DNA of 64,000 bases from Calditrichia bacterium (GTDB lineage Bacteria > Calditrichota > Calditrichia > JAJRVZ01), in contig CAWCNS010000011.1 of assembly GCA_963796965.1 (NCBI GenBank), forward strand, positions 288,001 to 352,000. Reading direction: 5' to 3'. The notes under the pieces were generated by a model. The model was not told the origin of the DNA and did no database searches. It saw only the letters and a list, made by a program, of their open reading frames with translations. Shown piece after piece: positions 62,779 through 64,000 of this stretch; positions within the stretch are counted from its first letter, which is position 1; each line of letters begins with the position of its first letter. The translations under genes were made by a program, and so were the position numbers.

Positions 62779-64000
62779 TTAATAACTTTTTATGATATCA
62801 TAACAAATTAGTTTCTGTTTAAAGCGTAGAAAAAGCTTACCGTTTGCTACTATTGGCATAGTCCAAACCGGCCCCTTTATTTCACCCAATGCTCTTTCCA
62901 GATTACTTACCTGAATAAATTTCTGAGGATCTGGTTTCATTAGAAACAAATTTCCCTTTATATCAAGACAAATCAGGTATCCGTCAACAAGGATGCAGGT
63001 TCCCCATCCCATATCATTTGTGCGCCATTTTTCTTCTCCGGTCTTCAAATCAATACACATGAAAGCCCCTCTGTTCTGAAAACTATCGCCGGAATACCCG
63101 TAGAGATAGCCGTCAAGAACATAGGGATCTGAATGGTGAGATGAAAATGCTTCACAACCCCAGAGCGAGTCTGCCCCGGTCTGGTTGACTTTGAGTAACA
63201 TACTTCCGGTAGCATAACCGGATGTGATAAAGACCTGATCATTAATAACAAGTGGCGTGGTAGCATTTACATCATAATCTGTGGGCCAATCGATATTCCA
63301 CAACTCCCTGCCATCAGAAAAATTTAGTGCCGCCAACCCCTTCCCGTGAAACGCGAGAAGCATGGTATCTGCCCCGCTCACCATAGGTTTTAGCGCAGCA
63401 TAACCAGCGGGACCTTCACCACTCTTCCAAATAACATTACCTGTATTTTTATTGTAGGCAATAGTGCGGCAAGTCCCCCCTCCCTGGACAAGAACAAGAT
63501 CTTGGTATACTAAAGGAGAAGATGAATGTCCCCAGGTCGGCTCTTCGCCGCCTTCATCTATGACATTTTTATGCCATAGATTTGTTCCATCTGCCAGATT
63601 CCAGCAGACCAGATCACCATCGCGGCCAAATGTATAGACACGGTTTTCATCAATAAACGGTGTTGCACGCGACCCGGTACCATGGCTTGATGAGGGTTTT
63701 ACCTGATAAGCACCCTGCCAAACCAAGGCACCATCATCTGCATTCAGACAAAACACCAGATCATTTTCAGGATCACGGCCACAGGTAACCAGGAGATTTC
63801 CCTGAATTGCCGATGCAGACCAGGTGGCGCTTGTATTGCCCTGGCAAAGATAATCCACTTCCCACCTTTTATTTAGTCCTTTGCTCCAGTCTGTCTTTAT
63901 TCCTGTAACAAGCGACTTTTTTTCACCATGGGGACCATACCAGGATGGCCAGTCCGCCGCGCCGGTTTCTAAAGATACACGGGCATCTTTTTCTGCTTGT
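62779..64000 (-). CDS. PQQ-like beta-propeller protein, partial (start beyond the window)
   Basis: Frame is open to the right edge (DWPSWYGP in frame with VDYLCQ); RATPFID, HSSSPLV, WTMPIVANG. Confidence 0.88.
   Translation of the reverse strand, partial: QAEKDARVSLETGAADWPSWYGPHGEKKSLVTGIKTDWSKGLNKRWEVDYLCQGNTSATWSASAIQGNLLVTCGRDPENDLVFCLNADDGALVWQGAYQVKPSSSHGTGSRATPFIDENRVYTFGRDGDLVCWNLADGTNLWHKNVIDEGGEEPTWGHSSSPLVYQDLVLVQGGGTCRTIAYNKNTGNVIWKSGEGPAGYAALKPMVSGADTMLLAFHGKGLAALNFSDGRELWNIDWPTDYDVNATTPLVINDQVFITSGYATGSMLLKVNQTGADSLWGCEAFSSHHSDPYVLDGYLYGYSGDSFQNRGAFMCIDLKTGEEKWRTNDMGWGTCILVDGYLICLDIKGNLFLMKPDPQKFIQVSNLERALGEIKGPVWTMPIVANGKLFLRFKQKLICYDIIKSY

Noticed and set aside
63840..64000. 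Possible frameshift or true start at 63858
   Set aside because: The frame is open to the window edge; the GTG is internal.

Overview
This looks like a bacterial chromosomal segment of about 40% GC (estimated by eye); gene content suggests an anaerobic FCB-group organism such as Calditrichota or KSB1 (inference). Most genes are on the minus strand. From left to right: (1) an NtrC-type two-component pair; (2) a UROD-family / Na+:solute symporter / GATase-like operon; (3) two integrase-less integron cassette arrays (about 7.4-13.6 kb and 15.3-17.8 kb) rich in toxin-antitoxin pairs, where one attC is split by an IS1111-type IS110 element with readable bridge/seek-RNA guides and the next by a group II intron whose EBS1 matches the attC L'' box; (4) housekeeping and envelope genes; (5) a sigma-54 operon (OM barrel, TonB receptor, lipoprotein, barrel-transglutaminase fusion, FecR-TPR) next to a CHASE2-bEBP activator; (6) a >26 kb uncharacterised cluster of eight PQQ-like beta-propellers with a NuoEF/HydBC-like fusion, a truncated GltD-like flavoprotein, ferredoxins, a glycosyltransferase and an ABC exporter. 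Most gene junctions carry nested palindromic mini-elements of several families (7-mer, 9-mer, REP-like). Their candidate cognate genes, a GxxExxY nuclease and an Avd-like four-helix bundle, sit inside such repeats and each has sigma-54 promoter motifs. Several single-base frameshifts probably reflect assembly errors.
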